This document shows positions 1-6,680 of a stretch of DNA of 38,328 bases, piece after piece. The stretch spans positions 1-38,328 of the IMG/VR virus record IMGVR_UViG_3300045988_083892, one strand, 5' to 3'. A model generated the notes under the pieces. That model saw nothing but the letters and a program-made list of their open reading frames with translations, ran no database searches and was not told where the DNA came from. The position numbers were made by a program, and so were the translations under genes. The stretch is from a virus. Each line of letters starts with the position of its first letter. The stretch's first letter is position 1.

Positions 1-55
1 CGCCCCACGCCCAATTCATCAACATCAATCAGCCTCATGGTCAGCACCTCCGTCC
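1..55. repeat. Left copy of an exact 55-bp direct terminal repeat (identical to 38274..38328)
   Basis: Read directly: cgccccacgcccaattcatcaacatcaatcagcctcatggtcagcacctccgtcc occurs at both ends of the window. This is the signature of a circular assembly overlap or terminal redundancy. Confidence 0.97.
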
Positions 56-360
56 ATCTTTGCCCCGCAGTTGGGGCAATAGTTAGATTTTACGGCGGTT
101 CCCCGCCCACAGAGACCGCATCTGTAAGTAGCCCTCGCAACCGCTACCGCACCAGACGGCGTCCACCTCCAAAAAGATGATGGCTCTTTTTCCCATAGTC
201 CATGCACCACCGGGGCCACGTCGGCGGCCGTCTGTGCGTCTACCTCGCATATCACATCTTCCAGCAAGCCGCAACCGTGTACGTCATCAACGTCAGCATG
301 AGCATCGCGCCAGCCATCTAAAATCTCGCGCAGCGCCTCCCGCTTAATGTATTCAGCCAT
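25..360 (-). CDS. Small hypothetical protein with a C-terminal zinc ribbon; one of three related small proteins (with 37580..37879 and 38021..38311)
   Basis: ORF track 25..375; start moved to ATG 360 behind a GGGAGGG RBS. It has CGLCG...CPNCG cysteine pairs and an AADVAPVVHGLW motif. Its stop overlaps the start of the 38021..38311 gene once the 55-bp repeat is collapsed. Confidence 0.7.
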   Translation of the reverse strand: MAEYIKREALREILDGWRDAHADVDDVHGCGLLEDVICEVDAQTAADVAPVVHGLWEKEPSSFWRWTPSGAVAVARATYRCGLCGRGTAVKSNYCPNCGAKMDGGADHEAD

Positions 361-408
361 TCCTAACCCTCCCAAATCTCAATAAAGCTATCGTACATGA
401 TTTTCCCC

Positions 409-612
409 CTATCTCGTCGCAATAGCCTTTACGGCACACTCTCCGCGTTCTGCTACATACCACGCGCAGCGCTCATGTACGCAACCGCTGTAAAAACGAT
501 TTCCCGCGTCCGGCATAAGGAACGGGCAATAAACCTCCCTCTTTTCTTCCTTCTGGTTGTCGCTCTTCCAATCATCAATAAACTTATTCCACATCGTTTT
601 CCTCTTCGCCAT
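409..612 (-). CDS. Small Cys-containing hypothetical protein
   Basis: ORF track 409..612. The internal ATG at 594 has a better GAGGAA RBS and may be the true start. The gene sits in a tightly packed leftward operon. Confidence 0.6.
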   Translation of the reverse strand: MAKRKTMWNKFIDDWKSDNQKEEKREVYCPFLMPDAGNRFYSGCVHERCAWYVAERGECAVKAIATR

Positions 613-850
613 CCTTAATCGTCACGCGAATTTCAACTACTCGACCATCTTTGAGCGTCCATTCCCATCCGCTTGATGACGCTTTAGAGCAATCAAAACC
701 ACCAAGCAGTTCCATCACCATATGGTCACGAACAGCTTCAATCGCTTCTTCAGTAACGTCTGATTTATTACGCCACAAGGATTTGTTCTTTGGCTCAAGC
801 GTTCCTGCGTAAATACCGAAAGCGCCACAGCCAACATGATATTCAGCCAT
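584..850 (-). CDS. Hypothetical phage protein (MAEYHVGCGAFGIYAG N-terminus)
   Basis: ORF track 584..874; start moved to ATG 850 behind GGGAGGAAAACG. The start overlaps the stop of the ASCH gene by 8 nt. Confidence 0.7.
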   Translation of the reverse strand: MAEYHVGCGAFGIYAGTLEPKNKSLWRNKSDVTEEAIEAVRDHMVMELLGGFDCSKASSSGWEWTLKDGRVVEIRVTIKDGEEENDVE

Positions 851-1433
851 CGTTTTCCTCCCATTCCTCCACATAGCACCAGCTTTGCGGTGCTTTAGTA
901 ATCGCCGCTGGAATCATGCAATTTTCATCATAGATACAGGCTGTGCTTTCGTACCCGCTTTTGCTGCATGATTTGCATTTTTCCCAAGTGTAAAATTCTA
1001 TCAGTTCCTTCGGCGTATCATAAATGCGCAGGTCGGAAATATGCCAGCCGTATCCGGTTCCCTTTAGGTAGTTCACAATTTCTTCTCGCGTCAGGCAGGT
1101 TTGCTTTTCTACGTCATCCGGTGCATGGTTGAGGGGCGCAAGCTCATAAATCCGGTCACAGGTAAACTCGCCAGCAATATGCCCGTTGAAAACGTCCCAG
1201 ATTTTGTCCGCTTCTGCTCTGCTATACCCTGAAATCCGGGTAAACTCTGTGAACCAATCACCACGGAAAACATCTCCCCACACAAGGAATGGCCTTATAT
1301 TTGTGCAGTAAATATAGCACTTAAACGGCGTTTCCAGCTTCGGCTTGGTCTTGCGGACTTCGATAGTCTTTTCGCCGTTGGCAATCTTCTCCACCCACTT
1401 TGGGCGGATGCTCAGCATAACAGCTTTATTCAT
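843..1433 (-). CDS. ASCH domain protein
   Basis: The N-terminus MNKAVMLSIRPKWVEKIANGEKTIEVRK matches the usual ASCH opening (SI.P.y...I..G.K..E.R), and the length is 196 aa. Assignment is from remembered family features. Confidence 0.7.
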   Translation of the reverse strand: MNKAVMLSIRPKWVEKIANGEKTIEVRKTKPKLETPFKCYIYCTNIRPFLVWGDVFRGDWFTEFTRISGYSRAEADKIWDVFNGHIAGEFTCDRIYELAPLNHAPDDVEKQTCLTREEIVNYLKGTGYGWHISDLRIYDTPKELIEFYTWEKCKSCSKSGYESTACIYDENCMIPAAITKAPQSWCYVEEWEENDG

Positions 1434-1470
1434 CCTTCATCGCCTCCAATGCGAAAACTTAAATGGCGCT

Positions 1471-2130
1471 TTAACAGACTGTGACATTCCACTCCGCCTC
1501 CTCACAAATATCTACGATATGGTCGCACAATGCAGCCGGGATGACAGACCGCTCCACGCTGCCAGCCAGCCCTTGCGTTCCCGTTTTGGCCCCGCGCGGG
1601 GCAGAGATATGGCACGGGTCGCCGTTATGACAAGGCGGTTTAAATCTGGGAAGCGGATGATTTGTCCAGATGTCCGTGGGCTTCATTCGGGCGTCCCCGT
1701 ACTGACAGTATGTGACGGTGTACCGGGGCAGCCCCTCCATCCACGTCATTTTGCGCATCCCTCCACGCGGATTTTCAATGAACCAGTAAGTCGGGCTCAA
1801 TGCTAAGATCAGCCGCAGCACGTGCTGGTCCACTGCATCGCAAAACTTGGCATACTCGCTCACCGGGTCCAAATTTCCTGTCTCGGGGTTTTTCCGCCTG
1901 TGGTGGCTGATAGCCGCAATAGAAAATGTGGCGCAGTCCGGGCTTGCCCAGATCACATCAGGCCGCCCAAACTCCCGCAGCACATCCTCCGCAGTCAGAT
2001 GCAGGATGTCAGCATATAGGTCGATGCGGTCAAATCGTTTGTCCCACTCTACGGAGTACACCTTGTGGCCCCGGGCCTCGAACGCCTTCCCTATAGAGCG
2101 CGTCCCGGCAAATAACTCAAGCACCTTCAT
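1471..2130 (-). CDS. DNA (cytosine-5) methyltransferase, short orphan form
   Basis: Motif I is LELFAGTRSIG and motif IV-like is ASPDCATFS (PDC instead of the usual PC). Motif VI is FIENPRGG, motif VIII-like is CQYGDARMKPT, and the C-terminus has ERSVIPAALCDHIV. Start set to ATG 2130, in an ATGA overlap with the upstream stop. No restriction endonuclease gene is adjacent. Confidence 0.8.
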   Translation of the reverse strand: MKVLELFAGTRSIGKAFEARGHKVYSVEWDKRFDRIDLYADILHLTAEDVLREFGRPDVIWASPDCATFSIAAISHHRRKNPETGNLDPVSEYAKFCDAVDQHVLRLILALSPTYWFIENPRGGMRKMTWMEGLPRYTVTYCQYGDARMKPTDIWTNHPLPRFKPPCHNGDPCHISAPRGAKTGTQGLAGSVERSVIPAALCDHIVDICEEAEWNVTVC

Positions 2131-2492
2131 CCATTGTCCTCCACCTCCGCAAGCCAGAATTTCTCCCGGCACTCATAGCACGTGCTATTAGCGACTTTGC
2201 AACGGCCTTTTCCGTCCCTATACGTAGCAGAGATCGCAATCGGGCATATCGTTATGACGCCATTATGCGTGAGTTCTGCCTCCGGCCACTGCTTCAGGAA
2301 CTCGCTCTGGCGGGTTTTTATGGGATGCTCCGCGGCCCACTGTTCCACGATAGCAACGGCCTCCTCCGGGTGGTTTTTTTGCCAGGAATTGCAGGATTCC
2401 CACTTGCCTCTTCTTTTCCAAAACTCACATTTGATGCATTCAGCGTTGCACATTCTGCCAAGCGTTTTTACAAACTTCACAGCATCCATCAT
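2127..2492 (-). CDS. Cys-rich hypothetical protein
   Basis: 121-aa ORF with a GAGGAGG RBS and ATGA coupling to rusA upstream and the methyltransferase downstream. It has several CxxC-like pairs (CNAECIKC, CYEC). Confidence 0.75.
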   Translation of the reverse strand: MMDAVKFVKTLGRMCNAECIKCEFWKRRGKWESCNSWQKNHPEEAVAIVEQWAAEHPIKTRQSEFLKQWPEAELTHNGVITICPIAISATYRDGKGRCKVANSTCYECREKFWLAEVEDNG

Positions 2493-2896
2493 TTTTCCTC
2501 CTCAATGGTGACCTCCACGCGGGAGGCACCAGTCGTCTGGTACTTCCGCACCGTCAGAGACGATACGGCGCTGTCATCGTTGTAGGCGTGGGTGTTCAGC
2601 GCGTCCAGAATGGCCTTCGCCACGTTGTCAGCGTCAGGGCGCTTGGTGTGGGGCGTACCGTCCATCGCAGCGGCCTTTTTCTTCGATGTGCTCTTTGGCA
2701 CCGTGAAGAACGCCGTGACGGTGGCCCTGAGCGGCACACCCGCCGCAAAGCCCTTTCCGCTCTGGCACTTCCAGCACTGCACCACCTTGTCCTCATAGTC
2801 CCGCGTTTTCTGCGGGGTATGTGCGTGGCCATCCCTTGTGAACCGGGGACGGCCTTTGCCCACCGGAATACCGGGGACCGTAAATTCAACCTTCAT
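2489..2896 (-). CDS. rusA: RusA-family crossover junction endodeoxyribonuclease (Holliday junction resolvase)
   Basis: GIPVGKGRPRF near the N-terminus and KRPDADNVAKAILDALN...YNDDSAV match RusA family hallmarks. Length is 135 aa. Confidence 0.9.
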   Translation of the reverse strand: MKVEFTVPGIPVGKGRPRFTRDGHAHTPQKTRDYEDKVVQCWKCQSGKGFAAGVPLRATVTAFFTVPKSTSKKKAAAMDGTPHTKRPDADNVAKAILDALNTHAYNDDSAVSSLTVRKYQTTGASRVEVTIEEEK

Positions 2897-3021
2897 CGCT
2901 TTTCTTCCTTTCCGTTGACAATGACTTGCACCACCCGGACACGGCCCAGAGGCTCCAGCAGCATGGCCACGGTTTCCTTGCAGGCCAGCAGGTCACCGTC
3001 CTCATGGATGTCAATGACCAT
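2893..3021 (-). CDS. 42-aa hypothetical peptide (below the ORF-track size cut-off)
   Basis: Hand translation gives MVIDIHEDGDLLACKETVAMLLEPLGRVRVVQVIVNGKEEKR. ATG 3021 lies 13 nt after GAAGGAGGAA, and the TGA overlaps the rusA ATG (ATGA). It exactly fills the gap between two coupled genes. Confidence 0.5.
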   Translation of the reverse strand: MVIDIHEDGDLLACKETVAMLLEPLGRVRVVQVIVNGKEEKR

Positions 3022-3022
3022 T

Positions 3023-3286
3023 CTAACCACGGCGTTCCTCCTTCACGAACTCCGGGCAGGACCGGATGGCATAAGATGTCAGCACCCGCTTCTTCCGTCC
3101 CATCCCGGTGGATCGCTCCGTCCGGGTGGGCTTTGCCTTCCAGCCCGGAACTGGCTCAAAACGGGGCTTGTGGGTCACTGGATCAATACCGGACCAGGAA
3201 CACCCGCCGCAGGCTTTTGCGCAGTCCCAGCAGAGCTGACTGTGGGGGGCAATGAGGCAATCCGACAGCTTAATATCCGCAGCCAT
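3023..3286 (-). CDS. Cys-rich hypothetical protein
   Basis: 87-aa ORF with CWDCAKACGGCSW. Its start overlaps the upstream stop (TAATG). Confidence 0.7.
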   Translation of the reverse strand: MAADIKLSDCLIAPHSQLCWDCAKACGGCSWSGIDPVTHKPRFEPVPGWKAKPTRTERSTGMGRKKRVLTSYAIRSCPEFVKEERRG

Positions 3287-3690
3287 TACACGCCAGCTCC
3301 TTTCGCCATCTTTTCCCAGTCCGCATAGGTCATGCCCTGTTTTTTTGCTTCGGAGGGGGTGGGGATACCGGCATCGTGCCAGCGCTTGCGCTGTTCGCCT
3401 GCCCTGACGTAAAACTTTTCCAGATAGGCGTCGGACGGCTCCGGCATGGGTGCCTCCTTCGCCTTGCGGGCCTCCGGTTTGGGCAGGTAGGGGACCAGCT
3501 CGGAAGCATCCGGTGGGAACCGATTTTCCCGCGCCCGGAGGATGACCGCCTGTTTCGCGTCCTCATAAGCCCACGGCTTCAACACCAGCGTCCACGCCTC
3601 TAAATCTGCGGGGGTGCGGGGCTGCTGTTTGGAGCTGGGGTAAAGGGTCTCGATCAGGTTAAACAACCGCTTGGTGTCCTGTTTCTCCAT
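3286..3690 (-). CDS. Putative replicative-helicase loader, SPP1 G39P-like N-terminal domain
   Basis: LFNLIETLYPS...EAWTLVLKPWAYEDAKQAVILRARENRFPPDASELV follows the G39P pattern as I remember it (YP, W..L, Y.D...A, fPP). It has an AGGAGAAG RBS and sits directly downstream of the ori-like module. Confidence 0.55.
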   Translation of the reverse strand: MEKQDTKRLFNLIETLYPSSKQQPRTPADLEAWTLVLKPWAYEDAKQAVILRARENRFPPDASELVPYLPKPEARKAKEAPMPEPSDAYLEKFYVRAGEQRKRWHDAGIPTPSEAKKQGMTYADWEKMAKGAGV

Positions 3691-3715
3691 GTTCTTCTCC
3701 TGTAAGACTTCCGTA

Positions 3716-3803
3716 GAAGCCTCTAATTAGTCTCTAATTCCTGTATTAGCATCTAATTCTTTTCCCCCTGCCAATAGAGAGATAAATATATATATATATA
3801 TAA
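3716..3803. repeat. Ori-like / operator-like module I: TCTAAT boxes (direct and inverted), a C-run, AGAGAGATA, and an (AT)n tract
   Basis: Read directly: ctCTAATTAGtctCTAATTcctgtATTAGcatCTAATTcttttccccctgccaatagagagataa followed by atatatatatatatata (3786..3802). It lies in a 242-bp ORF-free gap and is homologous by eye to 13743..13830. Confidence 0.6.
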
Positions 3804-3932
3804 TCTTTTCTTCTTAGGGGGGTGTGGGGGGACGTTCTTCTTTTCTCTGCGGCTGCTGTGTGCGTCGGTGATCGTGCTGTGGCTTGCTTGCATCCACCCG
3901 TCATCACTCTTTAGACACACACGGCAACGTTG

Positions 3933-4346
3933 TTAAAAGGGAAGCTCCCCGTCATCCTGAATTTCTTCAAAGCCTCCGCTGCTGTTCATGGGCGGGGCGG
4001 CGGCGGTGCGGGCGTCGATGTGCTGAGCGCCGACAGATGCCCACTCCGCGATAAAGTCGATATAAGTCTTGCCCTCGTAGTCACGGGCTTCTACGCGGCC
4101 CACAGCAATGATGGGATCGCCTTTTGAGGCACTGGAGACCACCCGGCCCATGGAGCCGAAGCCCTTGACGGTCATCCAGACGGTGGTCCCGTCGGCCTTG
4201 CTGTAGGCCGGGACGGAGACGGAACCGATAACGGTTCCATTTTTGGAGGTGAAGATCTGGGCGTCCTTGGCGCAGCGCCCGCAGATCAGGCCGGTTTTCT
4301 GCTGTACGCCCTCCCGGTTGTAGTCCGGCAGCCCATTGATGAACAT
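3933..4346 (-). CDS. ssb: Single-stranded DNA-binding protein
   Basis: 137 aa with an OB-fold-like core and the acidic C-terminal tip EEIQDDGELPF typical of bacterial and phage SSB. It sits next to the annealing protein and exonuclease genes. Confidence 0.85.
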   Translation of the reverse strand: MFINGLPDYNREGVQQKTGLICGRCAKDAQIFTSKNGTVIGSVSVPAYSKADGTTVWMTVKGFGSMGRVVSSASKGDPIIAVGRVEARDYEGKTYIDFIAEWASVGAQHIDARTAAAPPMNSSGGFEEIQDDGELPF

Positions 4347-5066
4347 TTACGCTTCCTCCTTCGGCTCCAGAGCTTCCAGCAGAGCATCAAAGTCCTTTGC
4401 CTTGACCTTGCTGGCACTGTCATAGCCATGGGCCTTCAGGTGGGCCTTGGCCTCGGACTTGGTGAGACCGTGACGGGAACAAGCAGAATAAAAGAATTTG
4501 ACCTGCGCGGCGGAAATGGGGGCCTCCGGGTCTTTCCCGGCATAGTAGGCAGAGCCGTCCTCCATATCGCTTTCAATATCTTGAGTGAAGCTGTCCGACA
4601 TACAGCCCAGGGACAAGGCCGCAGAGACAAGCGCCCGCTTCTGAGCCATTTTGACGGCGCTGTTGGCCCCATCATAGGGGGACTGGGAGCCGGTGCGCCC
4701 CTCCCGGGTATTTCCGGAGCCGTAAGCCGAGGTGATGACGTATTCCGTGCCGTTGACGATCTTCACCAGGTCGCAGCGGACAAGGAAGTAGAAAAAGCCG
4801 TGCTCGATGTCCTCCAGCTTGCTTTCCAGCGTGTAGCGCTGGCAGAGGCCGTAAGCCACGGCCACTTTTTCTGCGCCAGATTTGAACAGGGTTGGGTTTT
4901 TCGTCATGGCGTCGCCGTTCTTCTTGCGGATCATGCCGAAGTCGATGCCGCGTTTCAGGGTGGCGGGGACGCCGTCAGGGGCGCAGATGGTGTAATTTCC
5001 GGTGCGGGGGACGGGGGCCACCATCAGTGCGGCGGCGTTATAGTTGTACAGGGTCAGCTCATTCAT
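4347..5066 (-). CDS. Putative single-strand annealing protein (Rad52/Sak-like; family not firmly assigned)
   Basis: It lies between the exonuclease and SSB, the same order as SPP1 34.1-35-36. The motif NSAVKMAQKRALVSAALSLG resembles the K.A..RA...lG motif of Rad52-like annealing proteins. Confidence 0.45.
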   Translation of the reverse strand: MNELTLYNYNAAALMVAPVPRTGNYTICAPDGVPATLKRGIDFGMIRKKNGDAMTKNPTLFKSGAEKVAVAYGLCQRYTLESKLEDIEHGFFYFLVRCDLVKIVNGTEYVITSAYGSGNTREGRTGSQSPYDGANSAVKMAQKRALVSAALSLGCMSDSFTQDIESDMEDGSAYYAGKDPEAPISAAQVKFFYSACSRHGLTKSEAKAHLKAHGYDSASKVKAKDFDALLEALEPKEEA

Positions 5067-5641
5067 GTGCGTTTCTTCCTTTCTGTGGCATGGTGGAGGG
5101 TAATGCAGGCCCCTAAGAGGCCGGGACGCGGTGTGACCATGGCAAGCTGATATGTCCCATCGTGGGAGAGTTTCAGGGCGTAGAGTTCAGCAAACAGGAT
5201 GCCGCCGCGTTCATGCTGGAGCAGCTGGTAATAGCCGGTCATCTGAGCGGAAAGGGCGGCGTCATGGAGCTGTCCGGTCTTTATGTCTAAAATCAATGGA
5301 CTTTCGCGGATGGTGCCGAAACGATCCAGTGTTCCGGCAAAGCCTACGTCAAGGCTCCCCATGGGGTGTTCGATCAGCTGCCAGTCCGGCTTATAGTCCG
5401 CCAGAAACCGGCGGTAGGCTTTCAGGTATCCGGCGATCTCCGGTGTTTCCTCCGGCTCCTCGCCGTAGTCGATGAGGGCGCAGGCTTCGTGAATGGCGGT
5501 TCCCCGGCAGGCGGCAGCCTCCGCCAGCCATGGCCGGTCTGACTTATAATCATAGGCACAGAAGCGGGTGACTTCGGTCACGCTGGGCAGCTGGACGCCA
5601 TCAAGGGTGTAGGTGTGGGTGGCTTCGTCAAATGTCAGCAT
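5063..5641 (-). CDS. PD-(D/E)XK family exonuclease (RecB/Cas4-like phage recombination nuclease)
   Basis: Start moved to ATG 5641 (MLTFDEATHTYTLDGVQLPSVTEV). Motifs present are GTAIHEA, GTLDRF and ILDIKTG (D..(D/E)xK). The gene lies upstream of the annealing protein. Confidence 0.75.
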   Translation of the reverse strand: MLTFDEATHTYTLDGVQLPSVTEVTRFCAYDYKSDRPWLAEAAACRGTAIHEACALIDYGEEPEETPEIAGYLKAYRRFLADYKPDWQLIEHPMGSLDVGFAGTLDRFGTIRESPLILDIKTGQLHDAALSAQMTGYYQLLQHERGGILFAELYALKLSHDGTYQLAMVTPRPGLLGACITLHHATERKKRT

Positions 5642-5852
5642 TGGGACCCCCCGTGTACAGAACCGGGATACCGAGAGCATTGGCAAACAGATCCATGTCG
5701 TCATCAATCTTATCCAGCAGGTAATCCTTGAAGCAGAGCGGGCAGTACAGCTCGCCGTTCGGGAGCTGGAACATCCGGTCGCAGTCATCCTCTGCGGCGG
5801 GGTTCATCGGATGGTCGCAGTGGGCACAAATGGGATATGTTTTTCTGGTCAT
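5628..5852 (-). CDS. Zinc-ribbon hypothetical protein
   Basis: Start moved to ATG 5852 behind GGAGGGAG. It has CAHC...CPLC cysteine pairs and is 74 aa long. Confidence 0.65.
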   Translation of the reverse strand: MTRKTYPICAHCDHPMNPAAEDDCDRMFQLPNGELYCPLCFKDYLLDKIDDDMDLFANALGIPVLYTGGPNADI

Positions 5853-6040
5853 AGTTGGGTCTCCCTCCAGACACGGACCGCATGGGCGATGTCCGTATAT
5901 TTTTTCGTGCGGTAGCCGCAGGAATCGCAGAGGACGAAAAACAGATCCTCTTTGCCGGGGGCTACCATCCGTTTCCCGCCATACATATGGCACCGGGGGC
6001 AGGGCGGTAATTCTGCCATCCGGCCACGGCGTCTGCGCAT
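5849..6040 (-). CDS. Lar-like restriction alleviation family zinc-ribbon protein (tentative)
   Basis: LPPCPRCHMYGG...FFVLCDSCGYRT...AHAVRVWRE matches the Lar-family layout as I remember it (CP.CG ... C..Cg ... A...WN.R). Length is 63 aa. An alternative start is ATG 6019. Confidence 0.5.
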   Translation of the reverse strand: MRRRRGRMAELPPCPRCHMYGGKRMVAPGKEDLFFVLCDSCGYRTKKYTDIAHAVRVWRETQL

Positions 6041-6168
6041 CAGATCACGCCCAGCAAGTGGGCCAGCACCGTGAGCAGAAAGCCGAGGAAGCAGCCGAAG
6101 GAGATCCGGGCGGAGAAGTCGGCCCGGTCCCGGCGGCGCTCCTCCCGCGTGCGGCTATCTCTTTTCAT
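6040..6168 (-). CDS. 42-aa single-pass membrane peptide (below the ORF-track cut-off)
   Basis: Hand translation gives MKRDSRTREERRRDRADFSARISFGCFLGFLLTVLAHLLGVI. Its TGA overlaps the next ATG by 1 nt. It has a charged head and a hydrophobic tail. Confidence 0.45.
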   Translation of the reverse strand: MKRDSRTREERRRDRADFSARISFGCFLGFLLTVLAHLLGVI

Positions 6169-6265
6169 GGCAGGGCCTCCTCTCAATCATGTCTACAATT
6201 TTGAAAGGCCACGCGGCGGCGGTGGCCGCGCCGATCAGAACGAAAACGAATGTTGTGGTATCCAT
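6155..6265 (-). CDS. 36-aa membrane peptide (below the ORF-track cut-off)
   Basis: Hand translation gives MDTTTFVFVLIGAATAAAWPFKIVDMIERRPCHEKR. A GAGGAGG RBS lies 7 nt upstream of ATG 6265. Confidence 0.45.
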   Translation of the reverse strand: MDTTTFVFVLIGAATAAAWPFKIVDMIERRPCHEKR

Positions 6266-6267
6266 AG

Positions 6268-6483
6268 TCAAACCTCCTCAAAGTGGTAGCACTGGCGCAG
6301 GCCGTTCTCAAAGGTGGCCAGAAACCAGCGGTGCGGGATGTTGGTGTAAGTGATGGTGCCGGTTTTCAGGCGGGGATGGTCATCCTCAATTTGAAACGGC
6401 CATGTTCCCCGTGTGCCCAGTGACGGGCGGTGGGGTGTTTCCGGGGCCTGACGGCTGCGGGTGATGCTGTTGTAGCTGCTCAT
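6268..6483 (-). CDS. Hypothetical protein
   Basis: 71-aa ORF coupled by ATGA to the upstream gene. No recognisable motif. Confidence 0.6.
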   Translation of the reverse strand: MSSYNSITRSRQAPETPHRPSLGTRGTWPFQIEDDHPRLKTGTITYTNIPHRWFLATFENGLRQCYHFEEV

Positions 6484-6680
6484 TTTTTACCTCCACAGAG
6501 TTGCCGGGCGAAGGTGGCGGCGGAGATGTAGCCGCCCTTCTGCAAAGGGAAATGGCGCTGAATGGTGCGCAGATCTTTCATGCCGGTGAATTTCCGAATG
6601 TCAGATAGGTTCAGAAGCTGCCGACCGCCGGTAAAGGCGAGGATTTGTTCCAGATTGTCTCGATATGCGGGATGTTCCAT
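6480..6680 (-). CDS. Small putative HTH DNA-binding protein
   Basis: 66 aa. LLNLSDIRKFTGMKDLRTIQRHF looks like a helix-turn-helix. It has a strong AAAGGAGGA RBS and is preceded by copy A of the 22-nt leader motif. Confidence 0.5.
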   Translation of the reverse strand: MEHPAYRDNLEQILAFTGGRQLLNLSDIRKFTGMKDLRTIQRHFPLQKGGYISAATFARQLCGGKK

